NCBI GenBank assembly: GCA_038087875.1
Contig: JAXLNO010001025.1
Coordinates: 124,001-188,000, forward strand
Direction of reading: 5' to 3'
Origin: Malacoraja senta
Taxonomy: Eukaryota
Length of the DNA stretch: 64,000 bases
The translations under genes were made by a program, and so were the position numbers. Shown here piece after piece: positions 1-12,619 of this stretch. Every line of letters starts with the position of its first letter. Positions within the stretch are counted from its first letter, which is position 1. The notes under the pieces are model-generated. The model had not been told where the DNA came from. It made no database searches and saw only the letters and a list, made by a program, of their open reading frames with translations.

Positions 1-552
1 CCATGGAAAGGTCATAAGAGATGGGAGCTGAATTAGGACATTCGGCCCATCAAGTCTACTCCGTCATTCAATCACGGCTGGTCTATCTTTCCCTTTCAAC
101 ACCATTCTCCTGCCTACTCCTCATAACCCCTGACATCCGTTCTAATCAAGAATTTATTTATCTCTGCCTAAAAAATGCCGTTGACTTGGCCTCCATGGCC
201 GTCTGTGGCAATGAGTCCCACAGATTCACCACCCTCTGACTAAATAAATTCCTCCTCATCTCCTTCCTAAAGGAACGTCCTTTCACTATCTCCCTCTAGT
301 GGAAACATTGCGAAAGTGGCCTTTCACAAAGTAATGTAAATTTATTAAAGACGGATCAAACAAAGTTAGACACAAAAATCTGGAGTATCTCAGAGGGACA
401 GGAAGTATCTCTGGAGAGAAGGAATGGGGGATGTTTCAGGTCGAGACCCTTCCTCAGACAGTCGGGAGAGGGTCTCGACCTGAAACATCACCCATTCCAG
501 AGATGCTACCTGTCCTGCTGGGTTACTCCAGCATTTTGTGTCAATCTTCGGT

Positions 553-1700
553 GCCCTGAGCTGGTTCATCTCCTACCTCAAAGGTAGGAGTTTCTCGACT
601 AACATAGGCAACTCTTTCTCCTCCCCAGCTAATCTCTGCTGTGGGGTTCCACAAGGTTCCATCCTTGGCCCAATTCTCTTCTCCCTGTATATGCTCCCCT
701 TAGGCCAAGTCATTGAAAGGCACGGCATTTCCTTCCATTGCTACGCAGATGATACACAACTCTATCTCCCCCTGAAGCCCAAAAACCAATCAAATCTGCT
801 TAACCTTACCCGCTGCCTCGAGGATATAAAGTGTTGGATGGCCCAGAACTTCAACCAACTAAACGAGAGTAAGTCTGAGGTCATCCTTCTCAGCCCCTCG
901 GATTCAATCAAAATGATAGCAGGCAGCCTTGGAAGCCATACCCCACTACTCAAACCTCACGTCAAAAACCTTGGCGTGATATTTGACTCAGCACTGAAAT
1001 TTGACAAACAAGTCAATTCCGTGGTAAAAGCTAGCTTCTTTCAGCTTCGGACGATAGCTAAAATAAAACAATTCCTCCAGTTTGATGACCTTGAAAAGAT
1101 CATCCACACATTCATCTCCTCCCGCCTAGATTACTGCAACTCCCTTTACACTGGCATCAGCCAATCTTCCCTGTCCCGCCTGCAACTGGTCCAAAACGCC
1201 GCAGCGAGACTCCTGACGGGCACCCGAAAAAGGGACCACATCACCCCGATCCTGGCCTCTCTCCACTGGCTCCCTGTGCGGTTCCGTACAAACTTCAAGA
1301 TCCTCCTCCATGTCTACAAAGCCCTCAATGGGCTTGCCCCCACCTACATAAAAAGTCTTCTCACCCACCACTCCACCTCCAGGCCCCTCAGATCGGCCGA
1401 CTTGGGGTTGCTGAATATCCCACGGTCTAGGCATAAGCTCAGGGGTGACCGCACCTTTGCGGTTGCAGCCCCTAGACTGTGGAACAGCATCCCCTTTCCC
1501 ATCAGAACTGCCCCCTCCATCGACTCTTTTAAGTCAAGACTAAAAACGTATCCTGATGTCCTCTGAGTGTGGGCTACATGTATATATGTATGTAGTTTGT
1601 TTTGTTTATGCTATTCTTATAACAAATGTAAAGCACTTTGGCCAACGAGAGTTGTTTTTTAAATGTGCTATATAAATAAATGTGACTTGACTTGACTTGA
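553..1700 (+). mobile_element. L2-clade LINE 3' fragment (RT)
   Basis: ORF 538-1566: PQGSILGP, YADDTQLY, SRLDYCNS, LHWLP; (GACTT)n tail at ~1685-1700. Confidence 0.88.
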
Positions 1701-4700
1701 CTAAACCAACATCTTCAGCTCACATTGCCCAGAGCAAACAAACATAATTGGTGCCCTCCCCTAATTCCCCATTTGATGGTGCCCTCCTCTAATTCACCAT
1801 TGTAGGGAAACAGGCCCTTCTGCCCTCCAAGTGCACGCTGACCATAGTTTTTGTAAATTGCACTGGTGTGCAGGGAATAGATAAGAAAGGGGAATAACCT
1901 AGTTAGCTTAGGTTAACGTACACCCGTTGAGTTAAAGTCACCCGTTGGCTGACTTTCTTAACTCCAAAAGTGATTGTCGAGCATACTGAATGTGTGAAAG
2001 AACAATATGTACAAAAAGAACAAATAATAAAAATAAAATACACACAAGTTTTCTGTATTTCACACAATACACACACGTCGTTACAGGGAGAACCTGCAAA
2101 CTTACAAAATAGGTGCAGGAGTGGGCCATTCGGCCCTTCGAGCCAGCACAGCCATTGAATATGATCATGGCTGATCATCTAAAATCAATACCCAGTTCCT
2201 GCTTTTTCCCCATATCCCTTGATTCCCTTAGCCCTTAGAGCTAAATCTAACTCTCTCTTGAGGTCTCGACCCAAAACATCACCCTTTCTTTCTATCCAGA
2301 GACGCTGCCTGTCCCGCCGAGTTACTCCAGCATTTTGTGTCTATCTTCGGAGTAAACCAGATAGACTGCAGATGCTGGAAAAATCGAAGGTAGACAAAAA
2401 TGCTGGAGAAACTCAGCGGGTGAGGCAGCATATATGGAGCGAAGGAATAGGTGACCTTTTGGGTTGAGACCCTTCTTCAGACTGATTTGGGGTGGGGGGG
2501 TGTGGGCGGGGCGGGAAGAAGAAGAAAGGAAGAGGCGGAGACAGTGGGCTGTGGGAGAGCTGGGAAGGGGAGTGGAAAGAGGGAGAAAGCAAGGAATACC
2601 TGAAATTGGAGAAATCAATGTTCATACCGCTATTTCAGGTAGTCCTTGCTTTCTCCCTCTTTCCCCTCCTTTTCCCAGCTCTCCCACAGCCCACCGTCTC
2701 CGTCTCTTCCTTTCTTCTTACCCCCACCCACACATCAGTCTGAGGAAGGGTCTCGACCCGAAACGTCACCTATTCCTTCGCTCCATAGATGCTGCCTCAC
2801 CCACTGAGTTTCTCCAGCATTTTTGTCTACCATTGGTGTCTAAACCCATGACTGTAAGCTTCAGGGAAGAGCATCTGGTGACTTTACCTGGTCTCGTTAT
2901 GTGACTCCAGGCCCCCAGTCATGTAGCCGACCCTTATCAGCTCTGAAATGGCCCAGGGAAACATCCAGTTCAAAAGCGGTTGTGGACGGGAAATAAATGT
3001 TAGTTCACTTCACTTGCACCTCCTCCAACCTCATCAACCTCAAGGTGTGGACTCTTACACATCTGCGAGACCAAATGTAGACTGGGCAATAGTTTAGCTG
3101 AAAACCTTCGCTCAGTCTGCCTGGACCAACCTGATCTCCCGGTTGCCAAACACTTTAATTCCCCGCCCCATTCCCACACTGACCTTTCTGTCCTGGCCCC
3201 CCTCCACTGTCAGAGTGAGATGAAACACAAATTGGAGGAACAGTGGCTCATATTTCACTTGGACAGCTTACAACCCAGCAGTATGAATATTGATTTCATG
3301 AATTGTTTCCATGTCCCAGCTACACAAGTCCCACCTGCCTGTGTTTGGCCCACATCCTTCCAACCCTGTCCTATCAATGTACCTGTCCAACTGTTTCTTA
3401 AATATTGGGATAGTCCCAGCCACAACTACCTCCTCCCGCAGCTCATTCCATACACCCACCACCCTCTGTGTGGAAAAGTTACCCCTCAGATTCCAATTCA
3501 ATCTTTTTCCCTTCACCTTGAACCTATGTCCTCTGGTCCTCGATTCCCCTACTCTGGGCAAAAGACTGTGCATCTACCCGATCTATTCCTCTCATGATTT
3601 TGTACACCTCTATAAGGTCACCCCTCATCTTCCTGCGCTCCAAGGATTAGAGTCCCAGCATACTCAACCTTTCCCTATAGCCGACCCTGAAATCCTGGCA
3701 ACATCCTCATGAATCTTCTCCGTACCCTTTCCAGCTTGTTGACATCTTCCCAATAACATGGTGGCCAGAACTGAACACAATACTCTAAATGTGGTCCCAT
3801 CAATGACTTATATAATAGACAATAGACAATAGGTGCAGGAGTAGGCCATTCGGCCCTTCGAGTCAGCACCGCCATTCAATGTGATCATGGCTGATCATCC
3901 ACAATCAGGAGCCCGTTCCAGCCTCCTCCCCATATCCCCTGACTCCGCTATCTTTAAGAGCCCTATCTAGCTCTCTCTTGAAAGTATCCAGAGAACCTGC
4001 CTCCACCGCCCTCTGAGGCAGAGAATTCACACATGACCTCTCAACTTCTATACTCAATACTCAGACTGATGAAACCCATTGTGTCAAAAGTCTTTTTGAC
4101 CACCCTATCTACCTGTGACTCCACCTTCAAGGAACCATGCACCTGTACTCCTAGATCCCTCTGCTCTACAACACTCCCCGGAGGCCTACCATTGTCTGGT
4201 CATGTCACCAATGTCTTTTCCCCGAGGTGTGTTCCTCCAATACTCGGCCCCGTGGGATTTCCTGCAATGTCTGGCCCTCGGACTTACGCCTTTTGGATCA
4301 GGTGCTGGTGTTGACTCTTCAGTATCTGTTGTATCCTATTCTGAACCTGTCCATGTACTCCTCTCCTGATGCGTTTTAGCCCAATATCTGGTGTATTTGG
4401 TGCACTCATAGAGTCATAGAATAATACAGTGTGGAAACAGGCCCTTCAGCCCAACATGCCCACACCGGCCATCAATGTCCCAGCTACCCTAGTCCCACTT
4501 GCCTGCACTTGGTCCATATCCCTCCAAACCTGTCATCTTGGGGAACGGCTGCTAACCAGCAGCCGTCCGTTAATTTCACTTTTTGCTTTAGTTTTTAGTT
4601 AACTATGTCTGTCTTTCCTGGGGAATTTGACTTTTCTTGGGGGGGGCATTGGGGAAAACTATTTTTAGGTCCCTACCTGGTCGGTGAGGCGGCTTTTTCT

Positions 4701-6234
4701 CCAGGCTGCCCCGTCGACCCATCCTTGCGGCCTACCAGCGGGCCTGGAGCGGCGTTTCCTGGCGGGGACAACCTCGCAACTTCAGCTTTGGTGGCGGCAC
4801 AGCGCTGGAGCGCTATCGCGGAGCGGAGCGGGCGATGCCTTGCCTCGGTCGCCTCGCTGGATCGACGCACTGGAGCTCCGGTGAGCTGCGACCGCCGAGC
4901 TCAACAACTCCGGGCTGCGGGACTTGCGGAGCTACCAGCCGCGGGCGGCGGCGCCGACTCCAACATCGGGAGCCTCTGAGCTCCAAATCGGCGCGGCCTT
5001 GTTGGCTTCAGGTGCCACGGACTCCAATAGGAGATTAGCTGTTCCAGCCGCTGCGAGGACTCTCCCGACACCAGGGCAACTGCACCCGGCGAGAACGGCC
5101 AGGAACATCAGGCCTCCGTAGAGGCAACTGTGGAGGCCTCAATATGCCGTCTTTGGGAGAACTGGGGTTGGGGACTGGACATTGTGCCTTCCCCCACAGT
5201 GGTAATCATTGTGGGGGATGATTTTTGTGTGTGTGTAAATGATGGACTACCTCCTCTGGCAGCTTGTTCAATACACCCACCACCCTCTGATTGAAAAATG
5301 TACCCCTCGGATTTCTTTTAAATCTTTTCCCCTTCACCTTGAACCCATGTCCACTGGTCCTCGATTCCCCTACTCTGGGTAAAAGACTCTGTGCATCTAC
5401 CCGATCTATTCCTCTTATGATTTTGTACATCTCTATAAGATCACCTCTCATCCTCCTATGCTCCATAGAATAGAGACCCAGCCTACTCAACCTATCCCTG
5501 TAGCTCACACCCTCGAGTCCTGGCAACATCCTCGTAAAGTCCTGGCAACATCCTCAGCTGAAGTCCCTAAAGTGATGAGTAAAGTGATGATCAACTCCAA
5601 ACATTTCATGTTCTTGTTATTTTCTTTTATTTATGTATCTAATTTCAAATGAAAACATGCAGTTCAGCAGAAAAATTAAGAACAAGCTGCAGACAATGAG
5701 TTAAACAACATCTGCTTTACAAAATCTGATTGAGCAAGTCCCCAAGCATCGGCCCCCCCTCCACCACATTGCTTCCTGTTCCTTCTCCCCTCCCCATGCC
5801 CCCTTCTTGCTCCACAATATCAGCGCATCCCTCCCCCTCCCACACTCCCCTCTCCTTCACTCATCACATTCCCATCCCCTGCTCCCCTTTCCCAAACATT
5901 AATCCTGCCTTCCTCTCCCACTCCTGAATGCCACCCACTCCAGTGTCTCATACCCTGACATTTTCCCACTGTCATGTCCTATCCTGTCATTCCCTCCCTC
6001 CCCCCCCTCCCCCCCCCTCCCCCCCCTCCCCCCCCCCTCCCCCCCCCCCCCTCAGTCCCAACCGGTTTCTTCCCAGCATCCCCAGTGCATTTCCAAGTTT
6101 ATCTGAAATGAGCGTTTGCAGTGCAGTAGCCTCGGATTGCCGAGTGAGTGAGTGAAAGACAGGGAGACTCCATTTGCCAACGTCAGCAGCTGCATGGCGA
6201 TCTCTTGAGTGAATGTGGCGTGTGTGTCGGCTGG

Positions 6235-6246
6235 TCATTGCTGCAC
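6235..6246 (-). CDS. IgW: Putative TM2 exon (VQQ*), distal duplicate
   Basis: Identical acceptor and codons within the duplicated block; AATAAA at 5626-5631. Confidence 0.55.
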   Translation of the reverse strand: MQQ

Positions 6247-7469
6247 CTGTAATATACACAGGAAAGTCAGACATTGTGTGTGGCAAGGTGCAGCACAGAT
6301 GGTGATCTGTAGGGACAGGCAAACTAAATAACAGAGTTCACTGCACCACCTGCTGCAGTGAACTCTGGGCTGGGGGTCAGGGGTCAGGGGTCAGGGGTCA
6401 CAGTGTGAGGTCGGAGGTCAGAGGGTGGGAGTCAGTGGTCAAAAGATCACACCAGCACTTCCCCGACCTCAGGCCCGTCCTGCGCTGACCTCAGGGTCAG
6501 GGGTCAGCTGAGCGGTGTTTAGAGGGCGGGTGGTCAGAGTGATGGCTTCCCCGAGATCATGACCACCCTGGTATCCTGAACTAGGCCAGAGTCAGAGGTG
6601 AAGTGGTGGGGGTCAAGGTTAAAAGGCTGGGCTTCCCCGACTGGTCAGGTGTCAGTCTGAATGTGAAAGGTCAGGGGTCAGCAGGTGTTGCAGTGAGTTT
6701 GGGGGGTGGTTTCGGGGTTGAGGGTCGCTGCCGAGGTGAGAGGTCAGTGCGGGGGAGGGGCAGTTGTAACCGGTTCCACTGAGGAATAAAGGCCATTCAC
6801 CCATCAGCTGTCTACTGTCTCCTTCACACTCGCTCCACCAAGCCGACCTTACTCTTCAAAGCTGAGCAACCATTTCTTAACAAGCAACACCAACTGCAAA
6901 GTCCATGCAGATTCAGATTCCATGGAAAGGTCGTAAGAGATGGGAGCTGAATTAGGCCATTCGGCCCATCAAGTCCACTCCGTCATTCAATCACGGCTGG
7001 TCTATCTTTCCCTTTCAACACCATTCTCCTGCCTACTCCTCATAACCCCTGACATCCGTTCTAATCAAGAATTTATTTATCTCTGCCTTAAAAATGCCGT
7101 TGACTTGGCCTCCATGGCCATCTGTGGCAATGAGTCCCACAGATTCACCACCCTCTGACTAAATAAATTCCTCCTCATCTCCTTCCTAAAGGAACGTCCT
7201 TTCACTATCTTCCACTAGTGGAAACATTGCGAAAGTGGCCTTTCACAAAGTAATGTAAATTTGTTAAAGACGGATCAAACAAAGTTAGACACAAAAATCT
7301 GGAGTATCTCAGAGGGACAGGAAGTATCTCTGGAGAGAAGGAATGAGGGATGTTTCAGGTCGAGACCCTTCCTCAGACAGTCGGGAGAGGGTCTCGACCT
7401 GAAATATCACCCATTCCAGAGATGCTACCTGTACTGCTGGGTTACTCCAGCATTTTGTGTCAAACTTCG

Positions 7470-8613
7470 GGCCCTGAGCTGGTTCATCTCCTACCTCAAA
7501 GGTAGGAGTTTCTCGACTAACATAGGCAACACTTTCTCCTCCCCAGCTAATCTCTGCTGTGGGGTTCCACAAGGTTCCATCCTTGGCCCCATTCTCTTCT
7601 CCCTGTATATGCTCCCCTTAGGCCAAGTCATTGAAAGGCACGGCATTTCCTTCCATTGCTACGCAGATGATACACAACTCGATCTTCCGCTGAAGCCCAA
7701 AAACCAATCAAATCTGCTTAACCTTACCCGCTGCCTCGAGGATATAAAGTGTTGGATGGCCCAGAACTTCCTCCAACTAAACGAGAGTAAGTCTGAGGTC
7801 ATCCTTCTCAGTCCCTCGGATTCAATCAAAATGATAGCAGGCAGCCTTGGAAGCCTTACCCCACTACTCAAACCTCACGTCAAAAACCTTGGCGTGATAT
7901 TTGACTCAGCACTGAAATTTGACAAACAAGTCAATGCCGTGGTAAAAGGTAGCTTCTTTCAGCTTCGGACGATAGCTAAGTAAAACAATTCCTCCAGTTT
8001 GATGACCTTGAAAAGATCATCCACACATTCATCTCCTCCTGCCTATTACTGCAACTCCCTTTACACTGGCATCAGCCAATCTTCCCTGTCCCGCCTGCAA
8101 CTGGTCCAAAACGCCGCAGCGAGACTCCTGACGACACCCGAAAAAGGGACCACATCACCCCGATCCTGGCCTCTCTCCACTGGCTCCCTGTGCGGTTCCG
8201 TACAAACTTCAAGATCCTCCTCCATGTCTACAAAGCCCTCAATGGGCTTGCCCCCACCTACATAAAAAGTCTTCTCACCCACCACTCCACCTCCAGGCCC
8301 CTCAGATCGGCCGACTTGGGGTTGCTGAATATCCCACGTTCTAGCATAAGCTCAGGGGTGACCGCGCCTTTGCGGTTGCAGCCCCTAGACTGTGGAACAG
8401 CATCCCCTTTCCCATCAGAACTGCCCCCTCCATCGACTCTTTTAAGTCAAGACTAAAAACTTATCCTGATGTCCTCTGAGTGAGGGCTACATGTATATAT
8501 GTATGTAGTTTGTTTTGTTTATGCTATTCATATAACAAATGTAAAGCACTTTGGCCAACGAGAGTTGTTTTTTAAATGTGCTATATAAATAAATGTGACT
8601 TGACTTGACTTGA
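7470..8613 (+). mobile_element. L2-clade LINE fragment, duplicate copy with frameshifts
   Basis: Paralog of 553-1700 within the duplication. Confidence 0.85.
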
Positions 8614-9927
8614 CTAAACCAACATCTTCAGCTCAACATTGCCCAGAGCAAACAAACATAATTGGTGCCCTCCCCTAATTCCCCATTTGATGGTGCCCTC
8701 CTCTAATTCACCATTGTAGGGAAACAGGCCCTTCTGCCCTCCAAGTGCACGCTGACCATAGTTTTTGTAAATTGCACTGGTGTGCAGGGAATAGATAAGA
8801 AAGGGGAATAACCTAGTTAGCTTGAGTTAACGTACACCCGTTGAGTTAAAGTCACCCGTTGGTTGACTTTCTTAACTCCAAAAGTGATTGTCGAGCATAC
8901 TGAATGTGTGAAAGAAAAGTAATAATTACAAAAAGAACTAATAATAAAAAGAAAATACACACGTTTGCTGTATTTCACACAATACACACACGTCGTCACG
9001 GGGAGAACCTGCAAACTTCACAGACAGCACCCGAGGTCAGGATCATACCCGAGTATATGAGGCAGCAGCTCTACCTGCTGCACCACTGTGCCACCCTATT
9101 AAAGGGAAGTAAATATGGGCACTGATGGGATTTGAACCTGTGATCTTTGTTTACAAGATGTTAAAGTTGGCACAGTTGCCTTACCAAATTGCCACAGTTA
9201 TAATCTGAATCAGCACAAATTATACCCAGTTATTTTAAAATTTGAAAAACATCCTCCCACCCCCACTCTCAGTCTGAAACATATAAAATAGGTGCAGGAG
9301 TAGGCCATTCGGCCCTTCGAGCCGGCACAGCCATTGAATATGATCATGGCTGATCATCTAAAATCTATGGAGCGAAGGAATAGGTGACCTTTTGGGTTGA
9401 GACCCTTCTTCAGACTGATTTGGGGTGGGGGGGTGTGGGCGGTGCGGGAAGAAGAAGAAAGGAAGAGGCGGAGACAGTGGGCTGTGGGAGAGCTGGGAAG
9501 GGGAGTGGAAAGAGGGAGAAAGCAAGGAATACCTGAAATTGGAGAAATCAATGTTGATACCGCTATTTCAGGTAGTCCTTGCTTTCTCCCTCTTTCCCCT
9601 CCTTTTCCCAGCTCTCCCACAGCCCACTGTCTCTGCCTCTTCCTTTCTTCTTCACCCCCCCCACCACACACCCCACCCACACATCAGTCTGAGGAAGGGT
9701 CTCAACCTGAAACATCACCTATTCCTTCGCTCCATAGATGCTGCCTCACCCACTGAGTTTCTCCAGCATTTTTGTCTACCATTGGTGTCTAAACCCATGA
9801 CTGTAAGCTTCAGGGAAGAGCATCTGCTGACTTTACCTGGTCTCGTTATGTGCCTCCAGGCCCCCAGTCATGTAGCCGACCCTTATCAGCTCTGAAATGG
9901 CCCAGGGAAACATCCAGTTCAAAATAA

Positions 9928-10230
9928 ATGTTAGTTCACTTCACTTGCACCTCCTCCAACCTCATGTACTGTATCCACTGTTCAAGGTGTGGACTCTTAC
10001 ACATCTGCGAGTCCAAATGTAGATTGGGCGATTGTTTCGCTGAACACCGTCGCTCAGTCCGCCTGGACCAACCTGAACTCCCGGTTGCCAAACACTTTAA
10101 TTCCCCATCCCATTCCCACACTGACCTTTCTGTCCTGGGCCTCCTCCACTGTCAGAGTGAGATGAAACACAAATTGGAGGAACAGCATCTCATATTTCAC
10201 TTGGACAGCTTACAACCCAGCAGTATGAAT
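9928..10230 (+). mobile_element. Penelope-like element fragment (GIY-YIG endonuclease region)
   Basis: CSRCGLLHICESKCRLGDCFAEH...VAKHFNSPSHS; paralog at ~3000-3300. Confidence 0.7.
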
Positions 10231-11207
10231 ATTGATTTCATGAATTGTTTCCATGTCCCAGCTACACTAGTCCCACCTGCCTGTGTTTGGCCCACATCCT
10301 TCCAACGCTGTCCTTTCCATGTACCTGTCCAACTGTTTCTTAAATATTGGGCTAGTCCCAGGCTCCTCCGGCAGCTCTTTCCATACACCCACCACCCTCT
10401 GTGTGGAAAAGTTACCCCTCAGATTACTATTCAATCTTTTGTGTCCAGAGGAGGCCTACCATTGTCTGGTCATGTCCCCAACGTCTTTTCCCCGAGGTGT
10501 GTTCCTCCAATACCCGGCCCCGTGGGCTTTCCTGCAATGTCTGGCCCTCGGACGTACGCCATTTGGATCAGGTGCTAGTGTTGATTCTTCAGTATCTGTT
10601 GTATCCTATTCTGAACCTGTCCATGTACTCCTCTCCTGATGTGTTTTAGCCCAGTATCTGGTGTATTTGGTGCACTCATAGAGTCATATATTAATACAGT
10701 GTGGAAACAGGCCCTTCGGCCCAACACACCCACACCGGCCAACAATGTCCCAGCTACCCCAGTCCCACTTGCCTGCACTTGGTCCATATCCCTCCAAACC
10801 TGTCCTATCCATGTACTTGTCCAACTCTTTCTTAAACGATGGACTACCTCCTCTGGCAGCTTGTTCAATACACCCACCACCCTCTGTGTGAACCCCTCGG
10901 ATTCCTTTTAAATCTTTTCCCCTTCACCTTGAACCTATGGCCTCTGCTCCTCGATTCCCATACTCAGGGCAAAAGACTCTGTGCATCTACCCGATCTATT
11001 CCTCTCATGATTTTGTATATCTCTACAAGATCACCTCTCATCCTCCTACGCTCCATAGAATAGAGACCCAGCCTGCTCAACCTCTCTCACACCCTCTAGT
11101 CCGGGCAACATCCTCGTAAATGTCCTGGCAACATCCTCAGCTGAAGTCCCTAAAGTGATGAGTAAAGTGATGATCAACTCCAAACATTTCATGTTCTTGT
11201 TTTTTCT

Positions 11208-11213
11208 TTTATT
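11208..11213 (-). terminator. Candidate polyA signal for the membrane form
   Basis: AATAAA ~600 nt after the TM2 stop. Confidence 0.5.
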
Positions 11214-11818
11214 TATGTATCTAATTTCAAATGAAAACATGCAGTTCAGCAGAAAAATTAAAAATAAGCTGCAGACAATGAGTTAAACAACATCTGCTTT
11301 ACAAAATCTGATTGAGCAAGTCCCCAAGCATCGGCCCCCCCCTCCACCACATTGCTTCCTGTTCCTTCTCCCCTCCCCATGACCCCTTCTTGCTCCACAA
11401 TATCAGCGCATCCCTCCCCCTCCCACACTCCCCTCTTCTCCTTCACTCATCACATTCCCATCCCCTGCTCCCCTTCCCCAAACATTAATCCTGCCTTCCC
11501 CTCCCACTCCTGAATGCCACCCACTCCAGAAGATACCTTGACATTTTCCCACTGTAATGTCCTATCCTGTCCCCCCCCCACCCCCCACCCTCCTTCCCCC
11601 CCCTACCCTTCCCCCCCCCCTCCCCCACTCGCCCCTCAGTCACAACCGGTATCTTCCCCAGCATCCCCAGTGCATTTCCAAGTTTATCTCCTGAAATGAG
11701 CGTTTGCAGTGCAGTAGCCTCGGATTGCCGAGTGAGTGAAAGACAGGGAGACTCCATTTGCCAACGGCAGCAGCTGCATGGCGATCTCTTGAGTGAATGT
11801 GGCGTGTGTGTCGGCTGG

Positions 11819-11830
11819 TCATTGCTGCAC
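11819..11830 (-). CDS. IgW: Putative TM2 exon (VQQ*), proximal copy
   Basis: Acceptor tttcctgtgtatattacag|GTG CAG CAA TGA in phase 0, 3.6 kb after TM1; AATAAA at 11208-11213. Confidence 0.65.
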   Translation of the reverse strand: MQQ

Positions 11831-12149
11831 CTGTAATATACACAGGAAAGTCAGACATTGTGTGTGGCAAGGTGCAGCACAGATGGTGATCTGTAGGGAC
11901 AGGCAAACTAAATAACAGACAGTCTGTCCTTAACCTCGGAGATGGACCCTCATGGACAGGGGGTCTGCAACATTTCTAGGACCCTCGAGGATTGGTGGTC
12001 TGTGCATGTTTGTAGGAGCTGGACCCTCATGGACAGGTGGTCTTTCATTAGTGGCCCAGGTCAACTCTAAGGGATACACAGTCTGAATACCAGTTGTGGG
12101 CTGAAGAGAGGTTCCGTACCTCGGCTCAGGTTTCAGATACGGAGTACCC

Positions 12150-12465
12150 TGTTAGTTGTAGTTTAGTGATACAGCATGGAAACAAGCCCTTCAGCCCACC
12201 GAGACTGCGCCAACCAGCGATCCCCGCACATTAACACTACCCTACACACACTAGGAACAATTTTTTTCATTTACACCAAGCCAATTAACCTACAAACCTG
12301 CACATCTTTGGAGTTTGGGAGGAAACGGAAGATGTCGGAGAAAACCCACGCAGGTCACGGGGAGAACGTACAAACTCTGTACAGACAGCACCCGTAGTCA
12401 GGATGGAACCCGGGGTCTCTGGCGCTGTAAGGCAGCAGCTCTATCGCTGTGCCACCGTGCCGCCC
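12150..12465 (-). mobile_element. tRNA-derived SINE (HE1/V-SINE-like)
   Basis: Head GGCACGGTGGCACAGCG...GGGTTCCATCC (A/B-box-like) and elasmobranch SINE body. Confidence 0.65.
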
Positions 12466-12619
12466 AACATTTGACATGAATACAACGTTTGTTTGATTTC
12501 CATGTTTGAGCTCAGGGTCATTGCCCCAAATACCCAACGTTCTATGAATGTTTGCTGTATCGAGCCCCAGAGGACAGGAATAAAGAGGAAAGGTTCAAAG
12601 ACCAGGGGGGTGTGATGGG

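Larger units (their letters stand above)
1..11919. repeat. Direct duplication: 1-6335 versus 6920-11919
   Basis: Colinear near-identical blocks (offset 6919 at start, 5584 at end because of indels); left copy runs off the window edge. Confidence 0.9.

Noticed and set aside
538-1566. 342-aa ORF as a host gene
   Set aside because: 5'-truncated L2 reverse transcriptase; the duplicate copy is frameshifted
11640-11906. ORFs MPVPTDHHLCC... (also 5987-6322) as a longer TM2
   Set aside because: Wrong frame for the phase-0 TM1 donor; the upstream AG at ~11892 would in any case read through to the same VQQ-stop
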